From Candidatus Pacebacteria bacterium CG2_30_36_39 (GTDB lineage: Bacteria; Patescibacteriota; Microgenomatia; UBA1400; PJMF01), in contig MNZB01000002.1 in the NCBI GenBank assembly GCA_001873435.1, forward strand, positions 1,620 through 65,619: a stretch of DNA of 64,000 nucleotides, given 5' to 3'. The notes below the pieces were generated by a model that worked only from the letters and a program-made list of their open reading frames with translations, was not told where the DNA came from and made no database searches. Of the stretch, positions 1-8,720 are shown in pieces. A program made the translations under genes and the position numbers. The stretch's first letter is position 1. Each line of letters begins with the position of its first letter.

Positions 1-259
1 TCGGAGTTTCAATAAAACTTCTTATGTTATCTGCTTTAGCTATCTGTTCACTTGCTTTTGTTGCTAATGAAAAAATTAATTCCAACTTATCTGCTTTTGT
101 ATCAATTTGTTCAACCAATTCTTTTCTTTCAATATCAATAAAAAATTCTTTTGCTTGAAAATATATTAAAACAGCAGCAATGGTACCAAGAGAAAAAATT
201 ACTGTAGCAGTTATTAACGCAGATCTTAAAAAAATACTTTTATAAACATTAAATTTCAT
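1..259 (-). CDS. Hypothetical membrane-anchored protein, N-terminal fragment (gene runs off the window start)
   Basis: Reverse-complement of 1-259 reads ATG(257-259) MKFNVYKSIFLRSALITATVIFSLGTIAAVLIYFQAKEFF... with no stop to position 1. One N-terminal TM helix is followed by a charged, possibly coiled segment. Not in the supplied ORF track because it is partial. Confidence 0.4.
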   Translation of the reverse strand, partial: MKFNVYKSIFLRSALITATVIFSLGTIAAVLIYFQAKEFFIDIERKELVEQIDTKADKLELIFSLATKASEQIAKADNIRSFIETP

Positions 260-307
260 CAATATTTAGTTTAGCATTTTTCCATAATTAGATTTATAGC
301 CAAACAA

Positions 308-589
308 TTGAACTATGTATGCGTAAATAGATCATATGGTGTAAAATATGGGCACATGTCTTTAGGTGACCAAGAAACACTAGCTCAAATTCGAGAAAAA
401 CATCCATACGCTCCTGTTTTTGGCATTGCATTATTCCAAGCTCTAATGAGACCTGGTCGCGCCGCATCAACTGAGTCAGCAACTAAAGAAGAAGCTGACG
501 CTGATACTCAAATGAAAAATGCTCTAACTGAATCAGGCGAAAACAGCATGTCACTAGCAGCTCGCTTGCTTCATATTCTTTCCAAATAA
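308..589 (+). CDS. Hypothetical small protein (93 aa; possible alternative start at 355)
   Basis: Open frame in a locally GC-richer stretch. No recognisable motif and no clear SD. Confidence 0.25.
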   Translation: MNYVCVNRSYGVKYGHMSLGDQETLAQIREKHPYAPVFGIALFQALMRPGRAASTESATKEEADADTQMKNALTESGENSMSLAARLLHILSK

Positions 590-645
590 TTATCTACAAA
601 TAGCTCACTTGTGTTTCTTGAAAACTATATTCATAATGAGAGAAT

Positions 646-2859
646 ATGTCTCCAGAAATTTATCGCAAGGGTGTTTATCAAAAAAAGAGAAATACCGCTT
701 TACTAAGTCTAGTAGTACTACTAATTGTTTTAGTAGCTGGATTATCAGCTCTAATTTTCCTTAATGAAAATCAAGACTTACGTCAGCAAGCTTGGCTAGG
801 CAATAATGACGCCGGTGATTCTTGTGTTGGTGGCAACTGTGCTGCTGGCCTAGCTGATGGAGACTTATTTACATCTCCAAATAATGTATATCGAGTAAAC
901 CTAGCTAATTCTGGTTGGAAAATTGCTGAATTACCAGAAAAAGCAATGATTAAAAATCAAGAACCAGGATTTTTTGTTTTTCGCAATGAATTTGGTTTTG
1001 CCACTATTTTCTTAAACTCAGTTCCCCTTGATGATGATTTGGTTGGACAAGACATCCCAACCCTAGCAAATACTCTTGAAAAACAAATTACTTCCGAGAT
1101 TATTGGCAGTAATAATAAGTATTTGGGCAAAGAAATCATCAACGTTGGCGAGAGACTAACCATCCGCTATGATTTTCAAGAAACCATCCTTGGCAAACAA
1201 GCAACATATTATGAGTATGTTATTCCAAGCAAAAAAAGTTACATTGAAGCTGAAGTTCGTTCAACTCAAACCAACAATATTGATTTAAAAATTCAAAACT
1301 TTTTTAACCAAATCCAATTTGCAGCTGAAACAGGCGTAGTCAAAGGCGCCTCAACAGACAATCAGGTTGTATTTGCTGAATCAGAAATTGCTGAGCTAGT
1401 CAAACCTTCTGTAGCTCATATTTTATATGTCTACTGTAAAGAACTAAGAGTTGATCAATCTATTCCAGCAGTTTATTTACAGAAATCCTATCCTTTCTGT
1501 AATGGTAGCTATGGTTCTGGTTTTATAGTTGATGGCTCTGGCTTAGTAGCCACTAACGGCCACGTAGTAATGTCTTACCCAGAACAAGACCTCATTGGAG
1601 GATTAAATAGTGGTGATCAAGCTATTGCTACTTTTGTAGTAGATTTTGTTCGAGAAGCTTTAGCAGGTCAAGGATATAACACCACTCCAGAAGAAGGATT
1701 AGCTTTAACAATAAACATGATGCAGAACCCATCTGGAGTTCAAGTGATGGTAAAGTCACTTTACGATTTACTCGACCAAAAAGTAATTCAAGTAGTTCCT
1801 ACAGCAGAAAAATACTATGTAAATCTTGGTACTGAGCCATTCGAATTCTCACAAACTCTGCCAAGCCCAAGTAATATCAGTAGCTTTGTGACAGATAAAG
1901 AAGCTTTGTTTACAGCTGAAAAAGTTGGCGCAGATTATGCCAACATGTTCTCCAAGGGAGTAGTATTTAATCAAGAAAAACCAATCGGCTCTGATGTAGC
2001 TTTATTACGTTTAAATGCTGATAAAGGTTATACCTTTCCAAGTTTAAAAATTAGTAATGCTAGTAGCATGAAAGAAGGAGAAGCAATCCTAGTTTTAGGT
2101 TATCCAGGAGTGGTTAGCGGCTCTGACTCTGGCCCATTATTGGATTACAGCACCTCCAGTACAAAAGTCACTGTTACTAGAGGAATAATTAGTGCTCTTA
2201 AAAAAGATTCGCAAGGAAATACCTTAGTTCAAACCGATGCAACCATTGGTCATGGCAATAGCGGTGGACCAGCATTTAACTCCGCTGGAGAAGTAATTGG
2301 CATCGCTACTTATGGTATGGGAGATGAGGTTGGTAGTTTTAATTTTCTAAGAGATGTTGCTGATCTAATTAGATTGGCTGAAACACAAAAATTAACCTTA
2401 ACTGGCTCTGCCAGCGAAACATACCAAAACTGGGAAACAGCTCTTGGGTATTATTGGCAAGATCGTTATACCAAAGCTCTTAGTTATCTAAATAAGGTTG
2501 AAACCTCTTATCCAGTCCATCCAACTGCCAAAGATGTTGAAGCTGAGGCTAAACAAGCTATAGAACAAGGAAAAGATATTGATTTATTATTTGGTATGCA
2601 AAAAACTACTGTTTATGCAATTGGTGGTTTAATTAGTCTTATAGCTATAGCTGGATTAGTGTTTGTTATTTTGAATAAAAAGAAAAAAAGTGCTATGGTT
2701 TTGACCATGCCACCAGCAGCCCCAGTTGTTGAGGCTCCAGTGGCTCCAATTCAAGCTCAAGAAACAGTTGTTACCCCAGTTGTTCCAACTCAATCAATTG
2801 AGGCTCAACCACTACCACCAGAGCAAGGTGATCCAAACCCACCAATAATAAATCAATAG
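646..2859 (+). CDS. Membrane-anchored trypsin-like (S1/HtrA-type) serine protease with C-terminal TM helix and Pro-rich tail
   Basis: N-terminal TM (LLSLVVLLIVLVAGLSALIFL). Catalytic His block GSGFIVDGSGLVATNGHVV and Ser block HGNSGGPAFNSAGEVIGIATYG. Second TM IGGLISLIAIAGLVFVIL followed by KKKK, then a P/V/Q-rich tail (PPAAPVVEAPVAPIQAQ...). Confidence 0.7.
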   Translation: MSPEIYRKGVYQKKRNTALLSLVVLLIVLVAGLSALIFLNENQDLRQQAWLGNNDAGDSCVGGNCAAGLADGDLFTSPNNVYRVNLANSGWKIAELPEKAMIKNQEPGFFVFRNEFGFATIFLNSVPLDDDLVGQDIPTLANTLEKQITSEIIGSNNKYLGKEIINVGERLTIRYDFQETILGKQATYYEYVIPSKKSYIEAEVRSTQTNNIDLKIQNFFNQIQFAAETGVVKGASTDNQVVFAESEIAELVKPSVAHILYVYCKELRVDQSIPAVYLQKSYPFCNGSYGSGFIVDGSGLVATNGHVVMSYPEQDLIGGLNSGDQAIATFVVDFVREALAGQGYNTTPEEGLALTINMMQNPSGVQVMVKSLYDLLDQKVIQVVPTAEKYYVNLGTEPFEFSQTLPSPSNISSFVTDKEALFTAEKVGADYANMFSKGVVFNQEKPIGSDVALLRLNADKGYTFPSLKISNASSMKEGEAILVLGYPGVVSGSDSGPLLDYSTSSTKVTVTRGIISALKKDSQGNTLVQTDATIGHGNSGGPAFNSAGEVIGIATYGMGDEVGSFNFLRDVADLIRLAETQKLTLTGSASETYQNWETALGYYWQDRYTKALSYLNKVETSYPVHPTAKDVEAEAKQAIEQGKDIDLLFGMQKTTVYAIGGLISLIAIAGLVFVILNKKKKSAMVLTMPPAAPVVEAPVAPIQAQETVVTPVVPTQSIEAQPLPPEQGDPNPPIINQ

Positions 2860-3806
2860 CTAAAGATTTGATAGCTTTCTTGAGAAATTTTGCCAATGAT
2901 TTCTTCTTGTGCCTGGATATCTTTCCCGATTGTCATTACACACAGAAGATAAGGGTTTTTTGTATAAATAATGCCACAATCATGTAATTGTGTGGCTTCA
3001 TCTCCTTCATATTTTCTAATGCCATATTTGTGAGCAACCACTAAGTTTTTTGGTAGATGTTTTAGCAAAGCATTTTCATATTTAGAATTGCTCATGATTG
3101 ACAAAGCTTTTTCTGACATAGCTGGGTTTAAAAATTCTGAATTATAAAGAATACGGAAAACCGCTGAATAACGATCAATGGTGATAATATCTGAAATATT
3201 ATCAAACCCAAGCAACTTATGAGTTTCTTCAATATTTGGACTTAGACCGATCTCATTTTCTGAGGCTTGTAGTAAAAGCTTTGCTACATTATCAGATTCC
3301 TGAATCATTAATTTAAGCAAATATTCAACAGTATAGCTTTGTCCTATGACTAGAGATTGATCAAAGCTTGAATCATAGTTTAAATCCTTGCCAAAAGCCT
3401 CTTCATATACAATTTCTTTTTGCAGAATTTCTGGATTATTTTCTGCTGTCTTTAAATAGGCAATGAGAATGGGAACTTTAAGCAGACTAGCTCCATCAAA
3501 TAATCCAAGAGGATTAATGGTTAGCCATGGTCCATTATTTAGATCTCTGAAATATAGTGAAATTTCTATATCTGTATTTTCAGTTGCAATTTGTTGAGCA
3601 ACTGCTTGAAACCTATTTGTTTTTTCTTGTATTCCTTGATTTTTATTATAATTTTTTGAAATTAATGAAAAACCAGAATCATTGGTTTTTTCATTTATTT
3701 GACTATCAACATAAACATTGATTGAGCCTTTATTAAATATATAAAAAGTACTCCAACCTAATAAAAAGAATATAAGAAAATGTATGAATTTTTTCGTACT
3801 TTGAAT
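2853..3806 (-). CDS. Class A beta-lactamase-like serine hydrolase (beta-lactamase/transpeptidase fold) with N-terminal signal/anchor; non-canonical start
   Basis: Motifs in order: S-x-x-K (FDGASLLKVPILIAYL), SDN loop (MIQESDNVAKLLL), K-[T/Y]-G (VVAHKYG). The frame is open from 3806 down to 2853 with a hydrophobic N-terminus (KKFIHFLIFFLLGWSTFYIF). There is no ATG/GTG/TTG upstream of 3320. AAGAGG sits 6 nt before the ATT at 3804-3806. Confidence 0.55.
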   Translation of the reverse strand: MQSTKKFIHFLIFFLLGWSTFYIFNKGSINVYVDSQINEKTNDSGFSLISKNYNKNQGIQEKTNRFQAVAQQIATENTDIEISLYFRDLNNGPWLTINPLGLFDGASLLKVPILIAYLKTAENNPEILQKEIVYEEAFGKDLNYDSSFDQSLVIGQSYTVEYLLKLMIQESDNVAKLLLQASENEIGLSPNIEETHKLLGFDNISDIITIDRYSAVFRILYNSEFLNPAMSEKALSIMSNSKYENALLKHLPKNLVVAHKYGIRKYEGDEATQLHDCGIIYTKNPYLLCVMTIGKDIQAQEEIIGKISQESYQIFSY

Positions 3807-3885
3807 CTATTGCCTCTTAGGCTTATTGTCAAGTGACCTAAAATAAGTTGCCCAGGCAAAAAGTTGACATCTTTGAAATAATACA

Positions 3886-4800
3886 GTGATGAAAAAAATA
3901 ATTAGTCTAATCGGTGTTGCTTTGTTGATTGTAATTATTTCAGTACTTTTTAACGCATTTAGTTTTACAAACCACAAACAAGACAATCGTTTGAAGATTT
4001 TGGTAACTATCCCAGCTGAGAAGTATTTAATTGAACAAATAGCTGGCCAAAATGTAGCCATCCATGTTTTAGTACCACCTGGCTATAGTCCAGAAACATA
4101 TGAACCAACTCCACAAGATATACAGGCAATTAGCAAGGCCAATGTTTATTACATTGAAGGTTTATTAGCTTATGAAATTACAAATTTAGCAAAAATTAAA
4201 GAGATAAATCCTAATTTAAAAATAGTGAATATTTCAGATGGAATTGAGTACTTGCCTTTGGTTGATCAAGATCATTTGACCGAAAGTCAAAGAAAAAATC
4301 CAGATGAAATTAAAGACCCTCATGTTTGGTTGTCTCCTAAAAATCTAAAGATTCAGGCCAAAAATTTAACCAAATCCTTGATTGATTTAATGCCTGGAAA
4401 TGCCAGCAACTTGGTAAAGAACGAACAATTATTAATAGAAAAATTAAGTAATTTAGATGAATCATTAAAAACAACTCTTAAGCCATTGAATGGCAAAAGC
4501 ATTTTAGTTTATCACCCAGCATTTGGATATTTTTGTAGTGAATATGGTTTAACTCAAAAACATATTGAAATTGAAGGTAGAGAGCCTTCTATAGCTGAAG
4601 TAACCAAAATAGTTGAGGAAGCTAAAAAAGATAATATTAAAGTTATATTTATCCAGGAACAGCTATCTCAAACAACAGCTCGTTCAATAGCCAAAGAGTT
4701 GGGTGGGGCAGTTGTACCACTTGATCCATTGGCAGAAGACATTGTTTCTAATTTACAAAAAATTGCTGATATCCTAAGTCAAGAATTAGTAAAAGAATAA
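3886..4800 (+). CDS. Metal (Zn/Mn) ABC transporter substrate-binding protein, ZnuA/TroA family
   Basis: Signal/TM N-terminus. DPHVWLSP motif typical of cluster-9 SBPs. Followed by an ABC ATPase and an ABC-3 permease. Confidence 0.8.
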   Translation: MMKKIISLIGVALLIVIISVLFNAFSFTNHKQDNRLKILVTIPAEKYLIEQIAGQNVAIHVLVPPGYSPETYEPTPQDIQAISKANVYYIEGLLAYEITNLAKIKEINPNLKIVNISDGIEYLPLVDQDHLTESQRKNPDEIKDPHVWLSPKNLKIQAKNLTKSLIDLMPGNASNLVKNEQLLIEKLSNLDESLKTTLKPLNGKSILVYHPAFGYFCSEYGLTQKHIEIEGREPSIAEVTKIVEEAKKDNIKVIFIQEQLSQTTARSIAKELGGAVVPLDPLAEDIVSNLQKIADILSQELVKE

Positions 4801-4807
4801 ATAAAAC

Positions 4808-5563
4808 ATGAATTCTTTAGTAAATATCAATCAGCTTAAAATACGTTATCAAGACCAAAGCAATTTTGTAATCAATGGTATTACCCTAGCAATTCCAAAA
4901 GGAGAAATTACTGCTTTGATTGGACCAAATGGATCTGGAAAATCAAGTTTTATCAAAGCTATCTTGGGCTTAATCCCATTTACTGGAACAATTGATTTCA
5001 ATTGGGAGGAAAATAAACATCTTGATAGCAGCATTGGCTATCTTCCTCAACGTTTTAGTATCGAGCATAATTTTCCTTTAACTGTAGAAGAATTTATGGG
5101 ATTAGCATTAGTTGAGTGTAGCCATACCACGGGAGAAAAAAATATTTTTATTGATGGTTCATTAACTAAAGTTAATCTCTTTGAGAAAAAAAAATCTTTA
5201 CTAACAGATCTTTCTGGAGGACAACTACAACGAATATTATTGGCCAGAGCTTTAGTCCATCAACCCAAATTATTAGTTTTGGACGAACCTGAGGCTGGCA
5301 TAGATTTGCATGCAGAAGAAAGTCTTTATCTTTTATTAAAAGATTTGGTAGTAAATAATGGCATGACTATTTTGATAGCTAGTCATGAATTACATATTTT
5401 GCCAGAATTTGCCAACAATGTTATTTGCTTCCATCAGGGAAGCGTTTGTCAGGGAAAACCAGAGCATGTCATGAGTTCTGATTTATTTAAGAAAGTCTAT
5501 GGAGAGTCAATTTCTTTACATGACCATGGGCATCATAAAAATTTAAAAGGAGTTAAATCATGA
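4808..5563 (+). CDS. Metal ABC transporter ATP-binding protein (ZnuC-like)
   Basis: Walker A GPNGSGKSS, signature LSGGQLQR, Walker B LLVLDEPEAGID. The stop overlaps the next gene's start (ATGA). Confidence 0.85.
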   Translation: MNSLVNINQLKIRYQDQSNFVINGITLAIPKGEITALIGPNGSGKSSFIKAILGLIPFTGTIDFNWEENKHLDSSIGYLPQRFSIEHNFPLTVEEFMGLALVECSHTTGEKNIFIDGSLTKVNLFEKKKSLLTDLSGGQLQRILLARALVHQPKLLVLDEPEAGIDLHAEESLYLLLKDLVVNNGMTILIASHELHILPEFANNVICFHQGSVCQGKPEHVMSSDLFKKVYGESISLHDHGHHKNLKGVKS

Positions 5564-6372
5564 ATTTAATTTTATGGTTTAGCTATCCATTTGTGCAAAA
5601 AGCATTCATAGCTGGGGTGATGTTGGCCGTGATCGCTGGAATTTTGGGTGTTTTAATGCAAATTAGGCGCAGTACCTTCTTTGGAGAGGCAATTGCTCAT
5701 TCAGCCTTAGCTGGGGTGGCATTAGCATTTTTGTGGGGAATAAATCCTTTAATTGGCGCTTTGGTTTATGCTGGTTTATTTTCAATGGCAATACCTGTTT
5801 TACAAAAAACTTCTAAACTATCAACAGACACTATTCTTGGTATTCTTTTTCCATTTTCAATGGGCTTGGGAGTAATTGTTTTCTCTCTCCTTCCAGCAGC
5901 TCAGCCACAATTAATGAGTTATTTATTTGGCAATATGTTAATGATAAATATTTCAGATTTATGGATACTGCTTGTAATACTTTTGTTATTGCTTTTACTT
6001 TTAACTTTATATTTCAAACAATGGCTATTGATTTCGCTAGATAGAGAATATGCTCAATTATTAAAAATTAAAGTTGGTACTCATGATCTGCTTTACCATA
6101 TATTTTTGGCTTTAGTAGTCATTATTGGGGTGCGTTTGGTAGGAGTAATTTTGGTAACTACTTTATTAGTGGTTCCAGTTAGTATTGCTAGATTATTTGC
6201 TAAATCAGCAAAGCAGGTATTTATTCTTTCACCAATTATTGGAATATTTATTATGGTTTTTGGTTTAATGTTGTCAATTTTATTAAATGCACCAACTGGA
6301 GCAAGCATTGCAGTATTTGCTGGCTTGGCATTTTTCTTAACTTTATTATTATCGTTATTGAAAAATAAATAA
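5560..6372 (+). CDS. Metal ABC transporter permease (ABC-3/ZnuB-like)
   Basis: Polytopic membrane protein translationally coupled to the ATPase. Order SBP-ATPase-permease. Confidence 0.8.
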   Translation: MNLILWFSYPFVQKAFIAGVMLAVIAGILGVLMQIRRSTFFGEAIAHSALAGVALAFLWGINPLIGALVYAGLFSMAIPVLQKTSKLSTDTILGILFPFSMGLGVIVFSLLPAAQPQLMSYLFGNMLMINISDLWILLVILLLLLLLLTLYFKQWLLISLDREYAQLLKIKVGTHDLLYHIFLALVVIIGVRLVGVILVTTLLVVPVSIARLFAKSAKQVFILSPIIGIFIMVFGLMLSILLNAPTGASIAVFAGLAFFLTLLLSLLKNK

Positions 6373-6373
6373 A

Positions 6374-7624
6374 CTATTTTTTAATTGAATCCCAGGTGTT
6401 GATTTCTTGTTGAGGTAAAGTAATTTTTTTATTACTAAACAAGATAATTATCATGGCATTTATTCCTATTAAACAGCCAATGAAAGAGAAAGTTGTTTGT
6501 TCACCAAAATTTTGACTTAGGAATCCAGCTAAAATTGGTCCAATAATATATGCCAAGCTAAAAGTTGAAGAAGCAAGTCCAATTAGGTGTTTGCTATGAA
6601 AACCCATTCTTTCTTGCAGTTCTGAATATAGTCCTTCAATAATTGGGAGGGCTAGTGCAATAGAAGCACCAATGGCAAAGGTAGCAACTAGAATTCCAGC
6701 TCCAATTGGAAGTTTTCCAAAAATAAGTAAAATAAAACCGGCAAATAATAATAAACTAGCTGCTTTTTTTTCTTTAGCAGCTGCTACCCCTCGTTTCATC
6801 ATAATGACTTGAGAAATTAACATTGGAGCAACATAGAGTGGCAAAAGAAATACTCCATAGGAATAAATTTGACTAATTGTTTCAGCAAAAACAGTTCCAC
6901 TGGTCCAAAAAGTTGCATCTGTCAAACTAATAGAGAAACTTAAAAGAATAATCGGCCAAGTATTTTTTAATAAAATACGCCAATGATCAATTTCTATTTT
7001 TGGTTTAATAACTGATTTTAAAGCTATATCAGTTTTTTTCTTTTGATCAGTAAAGAAAGTTAATAATAATTGACTAATAACGACAGTAAATAAACTGAGT
7101 AGTAATACATGAGAATTATTTTTAACAACTAATATGCCAGCAATTATTGGTCCTAATAAATAGGCGAAGCTTTTGCCAAAATCCAGTCCAGCCCAAGCAT
7201 TGGTGTAAAGAGGCTTTTTTATGTGATCAGTCACATAAATTTTATTAGCAAAAGAAACAAATTCAAAATATACTCCCCAGGCGGCAACAGCTAAGACAAA
7301 AATCCAGATATTTGGAAAGCTAAAAGTGAGGAAGAGTAGGCCGATGAAAACTGCTTGAAAAAATAAGGTTAAATTAAGAGTTTTTTTCTCGCCTAAATCT
7401 GGAAAAAGCTGAGGAAAAAAGAAATCAACAAATAATCCCACCATAGATGAAACACTCATTATCAAACCCATAACCAATGCACTTGAGAAAGTTCTTTGTA
7501 AATAAGTTGGCAACCAAAATGTTAATAGCGCATCACCAAAAAAAATAGTAGTAACAATTAAGATATAGTGAAATAATTTTTGTGTTGATGATCGGTGGCT
7601 GATTAAAAAAGTATGTTTAAGCAT
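6374..7624 (-). CDS. MFS transporter
   Basis: About 12 predicted TM helices in a 6+6 arrangement with a central loop. Confidence 0.55.
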   Translation of the reverse strand: MLKHTFLISHRSSTQKLFHYILIVTTIFFGDALLTFWLPTYLQRTFSSALVMGLIMSVSSMVGLFVDFFFPQLFPDLGEKKTLNLTLFFQAVFIGLLFLTFSFPNIWIFVLAVAAWGVYFEFVSFANKIYVTDHIKKPLYTNAWAGLDFGKSFAYLLGPIIAGILVVKNNSHVLLLSLFTVVISQLLLTFFTDQKKKTDIALKSVIKPKIEIDHWRILLKNTWPIILLSFSISLTDATFWTSGTVFAETISQIYSYGVFLLPLYVAPMLISQVIMMKRGVAAAKEKKAASLLLFAGFILLIFGKLPIGAGILVATFAIGASIALALPIIEGLYSELQERMGFHSKHLIGLASSTFSLAYIIGPILAGFLSQNFGEQTTFSFIGCLIGINAMIIILFSNKKITLPQQEINTWDSIKK

Positions 7625-7634
7625 GGCTTTTTAT

Positions 7635-8717
7635 TTAATTGGCTTTTTCAATTTGTTGTTGAATATAAACATGGACCTCTTCCCAAGAATTTCTTGGTGT
7701 AATAATGTAAGCTCCTTGATTTGATTTTCCACTAGTAAATACATTCTCCGTTGAAAGAGTAATTGGCACAAGCACATATTCACGAGTAGCTTTTAGCAAA
7801 GGCCAAAGATATTCGGCTATTTCTGCATTAAGATCTGTTTTGGTATGAGTTGCAAATTCCCTGAAAACTGCTGGAATATTATCAATACCCTCAAGAGAAA
7901 AAAGTTTTTCTTTAATAGCCAATAAAACCTCATGTTGCCTTTTGGAACGTGAAAAATCTCCACCGACTGATCCGTGTCTTGATCTAACAAATTTTAGAGC
8001 ATCTCCTCCTTCCATATGAACTGTTCCCGCAGGGTAATATAAGTGTTCGTAGCGACAAGTAAATTGTTTTTCCAATTCAAATCCTGAAAAATTTGCACTT
8101 AGTTGAGCAACTTCTTCAGCTGTCTTACCACAGGTATTTAATTCTTCACCTTTTATGGGATACCAAGAATCATCTAGTATCTCGCTAACCTCAACATCTA
8201 TTCCACCTAGCTCTTGTCCGATAATTCGTTGGAAGCCAACAAAATCTACGGCTATGTAGTAATCAATTGGGAAGCCAATAATAGTGCCTGCCATTGTTCG
8301 GCTAATAGTAGCTTTTTCATCATTTTTTTGTTGATCTATGTTATAGGCAGCGTTTATTTTGTTTTCTGTTCCTCCTGAAATAGCTACCCACAAGTCTCTA
8401 GGTATGGAAATTAAAGCTACTTTTTTTGTTTCAAAATTCATATGCACAACTTGAATAACATCAGACAAAAAACCACCCTGATGTCCAGCTCCACCATATC
8501 CAAGTAATAATATGGTTAGAGTTTTTTTATCTTTAATATCTTTATTTTCTGTTGGTAAAGAAAAACTAGGTAAGAAACTTTGTAGATTTTTTTTATCAGT
8601 ATTTTTTAAACCAAACTGATAAGTAATGATTGCGGTAGAAGCAATAATTCCTAAAACCACTCCCCAAAGCCATTTTCTGGTTTTGAAGATAAATACTAAT
8701 TGTTGGAAAATGCCCAT
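7635..8717 (-). CDS. LytR-CpsA-Psr (LCP) family cell-envelope polymer transferase
   Basis: N-terminal TM. LCP core LLLGYGGAGHQGG...VIQVVHMNFETKKVALISIPRDLWV. Confidence 0.7.
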   Translation of the reverse strand: MGIFQQLVFIFKTRKWLWGVVLGIIASTAIITYQFGLKNTDKKNLQSFLPSFSLPTENKDIKDKKTLTILLLGYGGAGHQGGFLSDVIQVVHMNFETKKVALISIPRDLWVAISGGTENKINAAYNIDQQKNDEKATISRTMAGTIIGFPIDYYIAVDFVGFQRIIGQELGGIDVEVSEILDDSWYPIKGEELNTCGKTAEEVAQLSANFSGFELEKQFTCRYEHLYYPAGTVHMEGGDALKFVRSRHGSVGGDFSRSKRQHEVLLAIKEKLFSLEGIDNIPAVFREFATHTKTDLNAEIAEYLWPLLKATREYVLVPITLSTENVFTSGKSNQGAYIITPRNSWEEVHVYIQQQIEKAN

Positions 8718-8720
8718 GAT

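Noticed and set aside
294-600. Possible tmRNA (tag-like ...ENSMSLAA peptide in the 308-589 frame)
   Set aside because: The frame continues (RLLHILSK) instead of stopping after the Ala-Ala. No tRNA-like acceptor/T-arm (GGTTCGAATCC-type) nearby.
957-1163. Short antisense ORFs embedded in long genes (957-1163, 4849-5034, 6093-6308, 9109-9534, 11005-11217, 12485-12703, 14616-14834, 15740-15931, 22833-23066, 25247-25447, 26634-27561 group, 39358-39690, 40133-40324, 40977-41265, 42722-43031, 43859-44722 group, 49374-49628, 50457-50696, 51046-51231, 57490-57990, 58448-58687, 62668-63053)
   Set aside because: All lie fully inside well-supported genes on the other strand or frame. They show biased or low-complexity composition and have no start context.
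3807-4061. ORF 3807-4061 (-) overlapping the znuA start
   Set aside because: Overlaps the strongly supported SBP gene and the divergent promoter region. Composition is not protein-like.
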